Shown here in pieces: positions 49,043 through 59,067 of a stretch of 64,000 nt of DNA; the stretch's first letter is position 1; the number at the start of each line of letters is the position of its first letter. A program made the translations under genes and the position numbers. Origin of the DNA: a virus (lineage: Duplodnaviria > Caudoviricetes). Under the pieces are notes generated by a model. It saw only the letters and a list, made by a program, of their open reading frames with translations. It had not been told where the DNA came from and made no database searches. The stretch is taken from IMG/VR virus record IMGVR_UViG_2608642293_000001, positions 32,001 through 96,000 of that record. One strand, 5' to 3'.

Positions 49043-50315
49043 GAAAGAGCTCACTCCAGAGCAAGAATTTTTTAATGATAAAACATTGGAGTTTGCCAAA
49101 GAGCTATACGATCAAAATGATAACAAAATCAATGAAGCATATAAAGGACAGAAGGAAAATAGAGATGATATTTTAAATAAAATAGCAAAGATACTATTAT
49201 CGTATAATATTTTTGATAATATAATGAATTTAGTTGCAGAAGAAAAGAAGAATTTGTATTCAGAGTTAAGCGATTTAATTATTGCTAAATTTAAATCCGA
49301 ATTAGATTTTGAAACTAATTTAAGTAAAGATATATTGCACGATGTTGGTAGAAATAAATATAATACAAATAATTATCTTTATAGCCTAGGTACAGATTTT
49401 AAACTTACTCAAATTGATGATAAAGCGTTAGAAAATATTATAAATACAAAAGTTGAGGATAAACTTTGGTCAGATAGGTTATATAATAATAAAAATGATA
49501 TGAGTAAGGTATTAAGAAATGAAATCAAAAAATTTCTTAATGGTGAAACTAATGTAAATGAAATAGAAAATAAAATAAAGAAAAAATATAACGAGAATGC
49601 ATATGAAACAAAGAGATTAGTTCAAGATAATATATGTAGAGTTCAAGAGGGTGCTAATGATGTATGGCAACATGATCATGGAATAAAGAAAGTTATGTAT
49701 ATGGCTACTCTTGATGGTAAAGTCTGCTCAAAGTGTGCTCAGTATGATACTAAAGTATTTGATATTGATAAAAAGCCTGTACAAATACCGCAGCATCCAT
49801 TTTGTAGATGTGTTTATATATCATTACTGGATAAAGATTGGCATCCTAAGATGCGAATTGACAATGAAACTAAGCAAAATATTAATTGGCAAAGTTATCA
49901 AGAATGGGCTAATGGTCCAGGTGCTGAACATTTAAAGCTGAAAAGAAGGACTAGCAATATTGGAGAATTTGCAAAACTTGAAGAGCCAATGCAATTAAAA
50001 CATATTAGATCAGTCTGCAAAGAAGCTAAAATTGATTTAGAAGGAATAAAGATAAAAATACAAAGAGATAAGAGTTTAATTGACTTACCTTTTTTTGCTT
50101 CAGCAGACCCCAAAGATGTTGGTAGAATAGATTTATTTCCAGGTGCTTTTAAAAATAGAGATGAATTGTTAAGAACTATAGTGCATGAAAAAGTACATGT
50201 TGAACAGTACAAAAAATATGGTGGTCAATATGTAATGGAAAATAGAAATAAATTTGAGGAAGAGGCTTATAAAATTGAAGAAGAATGGTATAATGAATAT
50301 AAGAAGAAGGGGTGA
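49035..50315 (+). CDS. MuF minor head protein with a C-terminal metallopeptidase-like toxin extension
   Basis: ATLDGKVC..C and P.HPFCRC MuF motifs; C-terminal TIVHEKVH...EEEAY. Confidence 0.8.
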   Translation: MDKKELTPEQEFFNDKTLEFAKELYDQNDNKINEAYKGQKENRDDILNKIAKILLSYNIFDNIMNLVAEEKKNLYSELSDLIIAKFKSELDFETNLSKDILHDVGRNKYNTNNYLYSLGTDFKLTQIDDKALENIINTKVEDKLWSDRLYNNKNDMSKVLRNEIKKFLNGETNVNEIENKIKKKYNENAYETKRLVQDNICRVQEGANDVWQHDHGIKKVMYMATLDGKVCSKCAQYDTKVFDIDKKPVQIPQHPFCRCVYISLLDKDWHPKMRIDNETKQNINWQSYQEWANGPGAEHLKLKRRTSNIGEFAKLEEPMQLKHIRSVCKEAKIDLEGIKIKIQRDKSLIDLPFFASADPKDVGRIDLFPGAFKNRDELLRTIVHEKVHVEQYKKYGGQYVMENRNKFEEEAYKIEEEWYNEYKKKG

Positions 50316-50575
50316 TGTATGTGAAATGGATGGAATGTATAAAATCAATACATGATACAGGAAAATCAGGGAAATGCCCAAAATGTAATAGTAGAAATAC
50401 AGATTATGCATATGTATTAGTAGATGAAGTTAATAATATGGGTTATTTGGATGTTTGGTGCAATGAATGCAAATCTATTGAACATATTAGCAGGGTAAAA
50501 ATAGATGATACATTGAAACAAGTAATAAATGTTGATGATGTTGATTCTGTCATACCAAAATACAAATTAATTTAG
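50312..50575 (+). CDS. Zn-ribbon protein, putative MuF immunity
   Basis: CPKC...WCNEC; overlaps the muF stop. Confidence 0.55.
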   Translation: MMYVKWMECIKSIHDTGKSGKCPKCNSRNTDYAYVLVDEVNNMGYLDVWCNECKSIEHISRVKIDDTLKQVINVDDVDSVIPKYKLI

Positions 50576-50696
50576 AAGCACTTACTTAAGTTGAATAGGT
50601 AGGTGCTATTTTTATGCCTAAAATTAAGGTGGTGATCTAATTATCTCGTTTAAGTCCTACGTTAAAGGCTTATTAATTTTTAGGAGGAATTGAAAG

Positions 50697-50930
50697 ATGA
50701 ATGAATTTATAGAAAAATGTAAAGAAATTGTTACTGACTATATAAAAGATTGTTATGTTGAGAAAGAAGACATATTTGTTGTTTGGAGTTGCAAAACATT
50801 ACAGAACAAAAAAGCATTATTAAGTGCAACTTTTAAGGGAGCACCTTATTTTGAAATAACCTACAATGGAGACAAAGATGAAACTTATGTAGATGTATAT
50901 AAGAAAGAAAAGAATTATGTTGTTAAATAA
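50697..50930 (+). CDS. DUF6275-like protein
   Basis: FVVWSCKTLQNKKALLS...YFEITYNGDK.E.YVDVYKK. Confidence 0.7.
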   Translation: MNEFIEKCKEIVTDYIKDCYVEKEDIFVVWSCKTLQNKKALLSATFKGAPYFEITYNGDKDETYVDVYKKEKNYVVK

Positions 50931-51074
50931 GTCTTAAGAAATTAAGGCTTTTTATTTTGCCCTTAGCATGGCGAAAAAAGGCTGAAAATTTCAAATAATA
51001 AAGTATAGCAAATTCAAAAATATTTATGTTCTAGGGCACGTCTTGCATGGTCTAGGGGATAGGAGGAATATAAC

Positions 51075-51665
51075 ATGAAAAAAGCAGAGTTATTAAAGAA
51101 AGTTGAAGCATCAAAAGATGAAGATGATATTAATGATCTATTAAAGGGGACTGATATCGAATCAACTTTTAAAGTTGAGCCGACTTTAGACGCCTTTAAG
51201 GCCAAGTTAGAAAGCGATAAAGCTTTTAAATCTTTTATTGATTCAGAAAAAGATACACATGCTAATAAAGCACTAGAAACTTGGAAGACTAACAATTTAC
51301 CAACACTTATTAACGATGAGGTTCTTAAGGCCACTGGTAAGAAGAAAACACCAGAGCAACTTAAAATTGAGGAGCTGGAAAGAAAATTTAATGAGAAGGA
51401 AGTTGAAGCACAGAATTTAGCAAATCAATCTAAAATTAAAGATTTGTTAACACAGTCTGGTTTTGACCCTACAAAGACTATCGAGTTCTTTAATACTAGC
51501 AACGTGGAAAATGTTGAAGCTAGCATTGGAAACTTTAAAAGTATAATTGACGAAATGGTTAGTAGTGGTGTAAAAAAGGCAATAACTGATGGTAATTATA
51601 CTCCACCAGGTGAAAATGGTGCTGGTGAATTAACCGCAGATGATTTAGCAAAAATGATGATGTAA
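51075..51665 (+). CDS. Capsid scaffolding protein (DUF4355-like)
   Basis: ALETWKTNNL motif; precedes the capsid gene. Confidence 0.75.
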   Translation: MKKAELLKKVEASKDEDDINDLLKGTDIESTFKVEPTLDAFKAKLESDKAFKSFIDSEKDTHANKALETWKTNNLPTLINDEVLKATGKKKTPEQLKIEELERKFNEKEVEAQNLANQSKIKDLLTQSGFDPTKTIEFFNTSNVENVEASIGNFKSIIDEMVSSGVKKAITDGNYTPPGENGAGELTADDLAKMMM

Positions 51666-51700
51666 AAAATAAAAATTATAAAATTGGAGAGTGATATTTT

Positions 51701-52654
51701 ATGGCAGTTAACACAATTGCATATGCAACTTTATTTCAACAAGCATTAGATAAACAAGCAGTAGCTAAATTAACATCAGGATGGATGGATGCTAATGCAG
51801 GTCAGGTAATTTACAATGGTGGTAAAGAAGTAAAAATTCCTAAGATATCTATGGATGGATTAGGAGATTACGACAGATCAAAAGGTTTTGCAGATGGTGC
51901 AATAGTTTTAGAATATGAAACTAAGACTATGACAATGGATAGAGGTAGAACATTTATGTTAGATAGTATGGATGTTAATGAATCTAACTTTGTTGCTAAT
52001 GCTACTAATGCAATGGGACAATTCCAAGCAACTAAGGTTGTTCCAGAAATTGATTCTTTCAGATACTCTAAGATTGCAAGTTTAGCTATTGAAGCGACAG
52101 TTGCTGAAGGTTCTACAAGTGTATTAGCAACTGGCGGAAATACAATAACTGCATCAAATGTATTTGAATTACTAAAAGCTGATATTGCTGCCATTCAAGA
52201 CATTGTTGGTGGAGATGTCCCTTTAGTTATATCTATGTCGGCTTTAATTTCATCAATTTTAGATCAAAGCGATAAGTTTAACAAATACATTTGTTCTTGC
52301 GATTTCCAAAAGGGAGATATCCAAACTAAAGTTCAATCTATTGATAATATTCCAATAATCAAAGTTCCGAGTGCGAGATTAAAAACAGCATATGAGTTTT
52401 ATGATGGTAAGACATCTGGTCAAACTGCAGGTGGATTTAAAGTTTCTGCTACTGCTAAAAATATTAACTGGATGATAACTCCATTAACAGCACCAATTGC
52501 AGTAAATAAGACCGATAAGGTTAGAATTTTTGATCCTGATACAAATCAAGATGCGGATGCATGGAAATTGGATTATAGAAAGTATCATGATTTATGGATA
52601 ATGGATGAAGCTCTAAAACTTTGCAGAATAAATATTAAGGAAGCATTAAGCTAG
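51701..52654 (+). CDS. Major capsid protein
   Basis: GGKEVKIPKI..DGLGDYDR, DRGRTF.LD.MD, VVPEIDSFR and YRKYHDLWI. Confidence 0.88.
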   Translation: MAVNTIAYATLFQQALDKQAVAKLTSGWMDANAGQVIYNGGKEVKIPKISMDGLGDYDRSKGFADGAIVLEYETKTMTMDRGRTFMLDSMDVNESNFVANATNAMGQFQATKVVPEIDSFRYSKIASLAIEATVAEGSTSVLATGGNTITASNVFELLKADIAAIQDIVGGDVPLVISMSALISSILDQSDKFNKYICSCDFQKGDIQTKVQSIDNIPIIKVPSARLKTAYEFYDGKTSGQTAGGFKVSATAKNINWMITPLTAPIAVNKTDKVRIFDPDTNQDADAWKLDYRKYHDLWIMDEALKLCRINIKEALS

Positions 52655-52696
52655 GAAATTTTATTCCTGGCTTTTTCTTAAGGAAGGATGATTGTT

Positions 52697-52819
52697 TTGT
52701 ATAAATTAAAAAAATTAAATGTGGTTAAAGTTGTTGAAGCCGAAAATGAAAAAGATAAGCTAATTGCTAATGGATTTAAAATATTAGAGGAAAAAACAGA
52801 TGATAAGGGCAAAAAGTAA
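52697..52819 (+). CDS. Small head-region protein
   Basis: YKLKKLNVVKVV...LIANGF; stop overlaps the next start. Confidence 0.5.
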   Translation: MYKLKKLNVVKVVEAENEKDKLIANGFKILEEKTDDKGKK

Positions 52820-53139
52820 TGTTAGAAGATATCAAAACATTAATTGGATTAACTACAGATAAAGAAGATTCTAAGTTGAATATATACATTAGCATGGCTG
52901 TAACTCTTATTAAAAATTATTTAAACAATGATTTGTTAGAGGATCAATATATAAAGGATAACTATAGTACTGCAATAACTTTAATAGTAACAAATGCATA
53001 TGAGTGTAAAAGAAATGGAAATATAAAATCAATTACGCAAGGGGCTAGAAGTTTAACATATGGTGAAGATAAAGCTTTTTGCATAAATGATGATATTAAA
53101 GCCTTGTTACCTATTCCATATGTAAAATTGTATTATTAA
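52819..53139 (+). CDS. Head-tail connector (gp6-like)
   Basis: Position; IKSITQGARSLTY. Confidence 0.75.
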   Translation: MLEDIKTLIGLTTDKEDSKLNIYISMAVTLIKNYLNNDLLEDQYIKDNYSTAITLIVTNAYECKRNGNIKSITQGARSLTYGEDKAFCINDDIKALLPIPYVKLYY

Positions 53140-53151
53140 GCAGGTGAATAT

Positions 53152-53490
53152 ATGTTTTACGATAAAGAAATTTATATTTATAAATATGACTCTTTTGAAG
53201 ATGAACACAGGATAGATAGAGAAGGGTATAAAAAAATAAGTGATAATCCATTTCTAGTTGATATACAACCTTATAATTCTGAAAAAGCAAAACGTGAGTA
53301 TGGATATGACATTGAATGTAGTAGAAAAATGTTCTGCGATGTAATTACAGAAATAAAAGAAGATTCTATAATAGAATATAACAATAAATTCTATGAAATT
53401 AAAGCAATACCTTGGGATGATGAATATTATGAAATTCTTTTAAATGAAACTAAAGATGTTAACATTCTCAAGGAAGATAACAATGAATAG
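53152..53490 (+). CDS. Head closure protein
   Basis: Position; DIQPY motif. Confidence 0.6.
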   Translation: MFYDKEIYIYKYDSFEDEHRIDREGYKKISDNPFLVDIQPYNSEKAKREYGYDIECSRKMFCDVITEIKEDSIIEYNNKFYEIKAIPWDDEYYEILLNETKDVNILKEDNNE

Positions 53491-53878
53491 CTTTGAAGAT
53501 TTAATTGCTGAAGCTCAAAAAGCAGCTGAAAAAATTGATAATATTATTTCTGATGAAATGGAGACTAAAGCTACTGAATGTGTGGCAAGTGTACAAGCAG
53601 TTACTCCAGTTAAAACTGGAATATTAAGAAGATCAATGACTCATGGGAAAATTATAAAAATGCCAAATAGCTGGACCATTAAAATTGGTTCTAGTATTGA
53701 ATATGCTCAAGCCGTTGAAGATGGGCACAAACAGGAAGTTGGAAGATATGTGCCAGCTATAGGGAAAAAACTAGTTAAAGAATTTGTTCCTGGAAAGCAT
53801 ATGATACGAGATAATGTTGATATCTATCAAGATATACTAACATCAAGCATTAATGAAAGAATAGAGAGGGAGGTATAA
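53483..53878 (+). CDS. HK97 gp10-like neck protein
   Basis: TPVKTGILRRS and EYAQAVEDGH. Confidence 0.8.
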   Translation: MNSFEDLIAEAQKAAEKIDNIISDEMETKATECVASVQAVTPVKTGILRRSMTHGKIIKMPNSWTIKIGSSIEYAQAVEDGHKQEVGRYVPAIGKKLVKEFVPGKHMIRDNVDIYQDILTSSINERIEREV

Positions 53879-54346
53879 ATGGATGATAAGATTAAATATG
53901 TAGATTTGCTTTATAGTGTTTATATTTCTCTTAAAAATAATTTTACAGAAGCAAAAATCAATATCAAAGAAAGTAGAACAGAGGTTAAAGGTCCTCTGTT
54001 TTTTGTGCAGGTAAAACCACTAGATAATGACTCATACAGGTATTATACAAAGGACTTTGTAAATATAATTATAACTTTCACAGATATAATTTTAGATCAA
54101 GAAAAAATATTAAATGTAAAAGATGAGCTCAAGGAGTTATTTGATTATGGTTTGAGAATAAATGATACCTTTATTTACTTTGATAAAAAAGTATTTAATG
54201 AAAGTGAAGATTGCATTATTTTAACTTTAACTATTAAATATCATAATTCTAAGGATATTAAGAATATTCCAATTCCAGATAGATATACGGAATTTATGCA
54301 TGAATTAAATTTTATTTTAAATGAAGATAAGGAGGAAATCGACTAA
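53879..54346 (+). CDS. Tail terminator-like protein
   Basis: Position before the sheath gene. Confidence 0.6.
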   Translation: MDDKIKYVDLLYSVYISLKNNFTEAKINIKESRTEVKGPLFFVQVKPLDNDSYRYYTKDFVNIIITFTDIILDQEKILNVKDELKELFDYGLRINDTFIYFDKKVFNESEDCIILTLTIKYHNSKDIKNIPIPDRYTEFMHELNFILNEDKEEID

Positions 54347-55416
54347 TGTCAAACATAAATATTTATTTGAAGTCAGCTGCTGAAACATTAAATTCTAGAA
54401 GTACTAGAGGAATTGTAATGTTAGTACTTAATGACAGTGTTGAAGGTGTTAAATCTTATAATAGGAAAAGAGCAGTAACAGATGAGTACAGTGAAGAAAA
54501 TAAATCAAAAAGAATAGATAAGTGTTTTGATAAATATGGAGTAAGCACATTAAAAGTAGTTTGTTATACCCCACCTGAAACTATAAGTGTAGCATTAAAA
54601 AAAATAGATGGTGTTAAGTTTAATTATTTAGCCTGTCCCACAATTACCGAAGATGAAGATAAAAAGGCTATTGTAGATTTTATAAAGGGTCAGATAACAG
54701 CTAAAAACTATACTGTTAAAGCTAATTTGGCTAACTATAAAGCGGATTATGAAAATATAGTAAGTAATTATATATCTAGTATAACAATAGATGGAGAGAC
54801 TCTTACAGGAGAAGAATTTACTGTTGATCATGCTTGTATGTGTGCAGTATGTTCTATTGGAGAGGGTCTGACCAATAAAGTATTGAGTGGTGTGACAAAA
54901 GTTACTTTAGTAGATGATACAAAAGATGCTGAATCAATAAGCGAATTAGGACAAGTTGGAGTTGTTTATGACAATGATTTTGAATCATATGTTCTTACAG
55001 ACGATGTTAATACAAAGATAACTATAGATGATAGCAAAGAAAAAGATATTTTAAAAGATAGGAGAGTATCGGAAATATTAAGCATGATGCAGGATGATTT
55101 AAAAGTTGCATTCAAAACAAGCTGGCAAGATAAAAAAGGTAACTCTTATTCTAATAGAAAACTATTAAGAGATACTATAAATAAAAGTTATTTTAAACCT
55201 TTAGGGACTAAAGGTGCCCTTAATGGCGATATGAGTAATACTTGTTATCTTAATATTGACGCAATTAGAGAGTATATAGAATCATTAGGTGTAGATACAA
55301 CTGACATGAAGGATGAAGATATATTATCTTATGATACAAAAAGAAAGGTATTTATGAAAGCCAGGGTTTATGTATTACAAACAATGGGAGAGTTGGAGTT
55401 TGAAATAAATTATTAG
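54346..55416 (+). CDS. Tail sheath protein
   Basis: RGIVMLVL, FNYLA and NSYSNRKLL motifs; precedes the tube gene. Confidence 0.8.
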   Translation: MSNINIYLKSAAETLNSRSTRGIVMLVLNDSVEGVKSYNRKRAVTDEYSEENKSKRIDKCFDKYGVSTLKVVCYTPPETISVALKKIDGVKFNYLACPTITEDEDKKAIVDFIKGQITAKNYTVKANLANYKADYENIVSNYISSITIDGETLTGEEFTVDHACMCAVCSIGEGLTNKVLSGVTKVTLVDDTKDAESISELGQVGVVYDNDFESYVLTDDVNTKITIDDSKEKDILKDRRVSEILSMMQDDLKVAFKTSWQDKKGNSYSNRKLLRDTINKSYFKPLGTKGALNGDMSNTCYLNIDAIREYIESLGVDTTDMKDEDILSYDTKRKVFMKARVYVLQTMGELEFEINY

Positions 55417-55430
55417 GAGGTGAGTAAATA

Positions 55431-55856
55431 ATGGACGTATTTAATGAGAATTACGCTATACATGGCAAAAGTTTTCAGCTGTGGATGGATGGAGATCTTA
55501 TGGCAGAAGTATTAACAGCTAAAGCCAAATCAGATTTGACAACGGAAACTGTATATATAGCTGGTCAACTTGGTAATGGGGATATTATAACTGGTGCCAA
55601 TGGTACTGGATCATTAACTTTTAATACTGTAATTGGAGACCTTCCTAAAAAGGTTAATGATTGTATTAAATCAAATAAACCATTTATATTTGACCTTATA
55701 GGTGAATTTGAGAACAAAACTTATGGAAACACTAGGAGAGTTATTATAGAAGAATGTAAAATAACTTCATTTAGTCCATTGGATGTTGATATACAAAAAT
55801 TATTACAAGATGCTTATGATTTTAAATATAATCCACAAAACGTTGATATAGAATAG
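55431..55856 (+). CDS. Tail tube protein (XkdM-like)
   Basis: IHG...LWMDG...GTGSLT. Confidence 0.75.
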   Translation: MDVFNENYAIHGKSFQLWMDGDLMAEVLTAKAKSDLTTETVYIAGQLGNGDIITGANGTGSLTFNTVIGDLPKKVNDCIKSNKPFIFDLIGEFENKTYGNTRRVIIEECKITSFSPLDVDIQKLLQDAYDFKYNPQNVDIE

Positions 55857-55912
55857 CTTATGCTTTAGGTATAGGCTATTATTTTTTATTAAAAGAGAGG
55901 AATGATTTATTA

Positions 55913-56299
55913 ATGGATATAAAAGATATATTAAAAAATAAAGGAATTTTAGATGAGAAAAATTCTGAAAAAACCAAGAAATTAGAAGTTATCAGTTTAA
56001 AAGGTATCGGGGATGGAATGATCACTATAAAAAGTATTGGTGATGATACGTTTGATATGATTGAGAAAATGAGTAAAACAAATTTTGATATAAATAAAAA
56101 TGCTGTGTATCAGGCAGTTATAGAACCTAATTTAAAATCAAAGGAACTCCAAGAAGCCTTAGATTGTAAAGCCAATCCAACAGGTGTTGTAAGAAAACTT
56201 TTTACTAGAGCAGAGATAGAAATGATATCAACTGAAGTTGGTAAGTTAAGTGGAATGCATTTAGAAAAGGGACTTATTAAAGAAATAAAAAACTCATAG
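55913..56299 (+). CDS. Tail assembly chaperone (XkdN-like)
   Basis: VIEPNLKSKELQ motif; ends EIKNS at a slippery site. Confidence 0.8.
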   Translation: MDIKDILKNKGILDEKNSEKTKKLEVISLKGIGDGMITIKSIGDDTFDMIEKMSKTNFDINKNAVYQAVIEPNLKSKELQEALDCKANPTGVVRKLFTRAEIEMISTEVGKLSGMHLEKGLIKEIKNS

Positions 56300-56475
56300 A
56301 CCAAGATGATGAGGTACGTATGCTCGCCTATTATATTAATAAAGGTCATGACTTACAAAAACTAATTGATCTTGGATACTATGAAAAAATGTTTTATATA
56401 GCGTCTATGCATAAATTACATGATGAAGATATAGATGAAAAAATTGCCTTAAATCCATTTTTGACAAGAAAGTAG
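56287..56475 (+). other. Programmed -1 frameshift site A AAA AAC and chaperone extension ORF
   Basis: The -1 frame is open (KLIDQDDEVRMLAYYINKGH...) to TAG at 56475, abutting the tape measure start. Confidence 0.7.
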
Positions 56476-58410
56476 GTGATTGCTATCGGATTATTTGGAA
56501 GTGAATTGACTATAAAAGACGGCTTTTCTAGGGTGTTTAGTGCTTTTATCGGGCAGGCTACAAGTGCTAAAAGTAGTGTAAATGGCTTAACCGGAGAAAT
56601 GAGGAATGCTGAAGCCGCGTCTGCAAACTCGGTTGGTAGTATGAGAAGCCAAGTGGCAAGCTTGGCACAAGAATATAAAAAGGCAGGGTTATCACAGAGT
56701 GAAGCTTTTAGAAAAGCATGGAGCGAGGTTGAAAGGAGCTCTAACAATGCAGGTGCTGGAACCGGAAAAACATGGGCCACCACTTTTAGAAAAATAAAAA
56801 ATGACGGTAGTAATGCCTTTGGATCATTAAGTAATAGCATTAGTAACTTTTCCAATTCTACATTAGGTACATTAAGCAAACTAACAGCAGGTTATTTAAG
56901 TCTTAAAGGTGCAGCTGATCTCACTAAAGAATCATTAAAAGCTGGAATGACATATCAAAACGCAAGTACATTTTTGCAAGCAACTTATGGGGAAACTAAA
57001 GGAAAAGAAAAATTCAAATGGGCCACACAGGAAGCAAATAAAACCCCATTTACTGAATCTGAGGTTGCAAGTGCTTTAGCTAGAGCAAAAGGACTTGGAA
57101 TGAAAGATGATGAAAAAACATTTAAAATGTATGAAGATATGGGATCTTTTGCAAAGATACAAGGAGTTGGAGATCTATCGAGTGCAGTTGATGCGATTTC
57201 AGATGCATTAGGGGGAGAATGGGAAAGGCTACAGACAATTACGGGTATAAAGAGACAAGGTCTTGAGGATTACGCTAAAACAAATGGATTAGGCAAATTC
57301 ACAAATAAAAAAGGTCAAGTTACTGATAAAGATAAGCTTATGGAAGTTTTAGAATCTTACATGGGTGAAAAAGGTATATCTGGAATGACTGATAAATTTT
57401 CTAAGACACTTAGTGGAAGGCTATCAACATTAAAAGGGAATTGGGAAAAAACTTTAGCTGATATGGTCGGAATAGGTGATGATGGAGCTATAAAGGATGG
57501 GAGTTTATTTGATAATGCGTCTAAAGGACTAGAAAAACTTATAACAAGTGTTAACAAATTTAGTAAAAGCGAATCGTTTGATAAAATAGCTGATGGATTG
57601 GGTAAGTTAGGAAATGGATTAATAGGAGGCTTAGATTACATTACAATGCATCCAGAAACTGTAACGACTTTAATAAAAATTGGAGTTGGTTTAATCGGTC
57701 TTAAAGTTGCTAGTGGAGTGCTAAGTCCAATAGTAAAATTGACTGGTGGTTTAGCTACTTTAGGGGGAGTATCTAATAGTTTACCAGGTATATTAAATAA
57801 GGCTACGCTGTCAATTGGAGCTTTCGCAATTGCAACAAATAGTTTTTTTGGTGAAAATGGTGTTTTACATAAAGTTGCAAATGGTATGTTTAATGCATTT
57901 ACTTCGAAGGATAATAAAATAGATGTTCCAGCAGCAAGTAAATCTCTTTTGAAATCTTCCGCTAATGGATGGAATTATATATACGAAAAGATTATGGGAA
58001 ATGATGAGGCAGATAACAATTATAAAAATAATGAGATTAAGAATCTGGCAGAAAGTGAAAGAGCTGATGCAAAACTTAATGGTGTTAGTGATAATACTTA
58101 CACTTGGGATGCTGCAACTAGAAATAAATACAAGAATTTGTATGCATACGAGCAATTCTACAATCACGATGATTCTTACGAAAAATATAAATCCTATTCT
58201 GAGTGGAATACAATTCCAAGTATGCTTAATAATAAAGAAATAAGTAATACAATTAATAATACTAGCACAAATAGCCATGCATCAAATAAAACTGAAATAA
58301 ATCTTAATGTAGATACAATTAAAGAAACAGTAGATATTAACGACATTATGGATCAAATTGCAAATAAATTAAACAAGCTAAATAATACTAGAAATGCTGT
58401 AAATTATTAA
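56476..58410 (+). CDS. Tail tape measure protein
   Basis: ANKTPFT and TLSGRLSTLKGNW motifs; position. Confidence 0.85.
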   Translation: MIAIGLFGSELTIKDGFSRVFSAFIGQATSAKSSVNGLTGEMRNAEAASANSVGSMRSQVASLAQEYKKAGLSQSEAFRKAWSEVERSSNNAGAGTGKTWATTFRKIKNDGSNAFGSLSNSISNFSNSTLGTLSKLTAGYLSLKGAADLTKESLKAGMTYQNASTFLQATYGETKGKEKFKWATQEANKTPFTESEVASALARAKGLGMKDDEKTFKMYEDMGSFAKIQGVGDLSSAVDAISDALGGEWERLQTITGIKRQGLEDYAKTNGLGKFTNKKGQVTDKDKLMEVLESYMGEKGISGMTDKFSKTLSGRLSTLKGNWEKTLADMVGIGDDGAIKDGSLFDNASKGLEKLITSVNKFSKSESFDKIADGLGKLGNGLIGGLDYITMHPETVTTLIKIGVGLIGLKVASGVLSPIVKLTGGLATLGGVSNSLPGILNKATLSIGAFAIATNSFFGENGVLHKVANGMFNAFTSKDNKIDVPAASKSLLKSSANGWNYIYEKIMGNDEADNNYKNNEIKNLAESERADAKLNGVSDNTYTWDAATRNKYKNLYAYEQFYNHDDSYEKYKSYSEWNTIPSMLNNKEISNTINNTSTNSHASNKTEINLNVDTIKETVDINDIMDQIANKLNKLNNTRNAVNY

Positions 58411-58420
58411 AAAGGAGAGG

Positions 58421-59059
58421 ATGAGCACAATGGGAGAGGATAGAAGAAAACTAATATTAACCAAAGTAAAAGATAATTTCAGTATTTTATTTCCTTTAAC
58501 ACCTTTTCCTAAGTTTTCTAGTAGCATGAATATAAGTACTGCTGAATTATTTGGACATGGTGAAACTGATACAGGTGCCATAAGAAATCTTACTAAAATA
58601 ACTATGGATGGGATATTACCACATCCAAAGAACAATTATGATTTTGTGTTTAATAATGATTATACTCCTGGGTACTATACGAATTATTTATATGATTGGA
58701 TGGTAAATCAAAATAATTTACTTATGTCGTATAGAACAGATACTCAAAAAATATCACATTTAAATTGCAGGATAGAGAAGTTTGATTTTGCTGAAGAAGA
58801 TGGATCAAAAAATATAAAATTCAATCTAACTTTAAGAGAATATAGAGAAAATAAACTAACCGATTCTGATGATGTAATTAATTCACAATATGTCATAGAT
58901 AGTTATGGTTCAGATACTTATTATGTTGGGGAAGGTGATACTTTAATTACAATAGCAGCTAAATTATATGGGGATTCTAGTAAATGGAATTACCTTATGA
59001 ATAAAAATAATTTGAAAAACCCTTTAATTTTAGAAGTTGGCCAAGGATTAAAAATATAG
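58421..59059 (+). CDS. LysM-domain tail protein (XkdP-like)
   Basis: YYVGEGDTLITIAAKLYG...GQGLKI. Confidence 0.85.
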   Translation: MSTMGEDRRKLILTKVKDNFSILFPLTPFPKFSSSMNISTAELFGHGETDTGAIRNLTKITMDGILPHPKNNYDFVFNNDYTPGYYTNYLYDWMVNQNNLLMSYRTDTQKISHLNCRIEKFDFAEEDGSKNIKFNLTLREYRENKLTDSDDVINSQYVIDSYGSDTYYVGEGDTLITIAAKLYGDSSKWNYLMNKNNLKNPLILEVGQGLKI

Positions 59060-59067
59060 GTGAGTAT

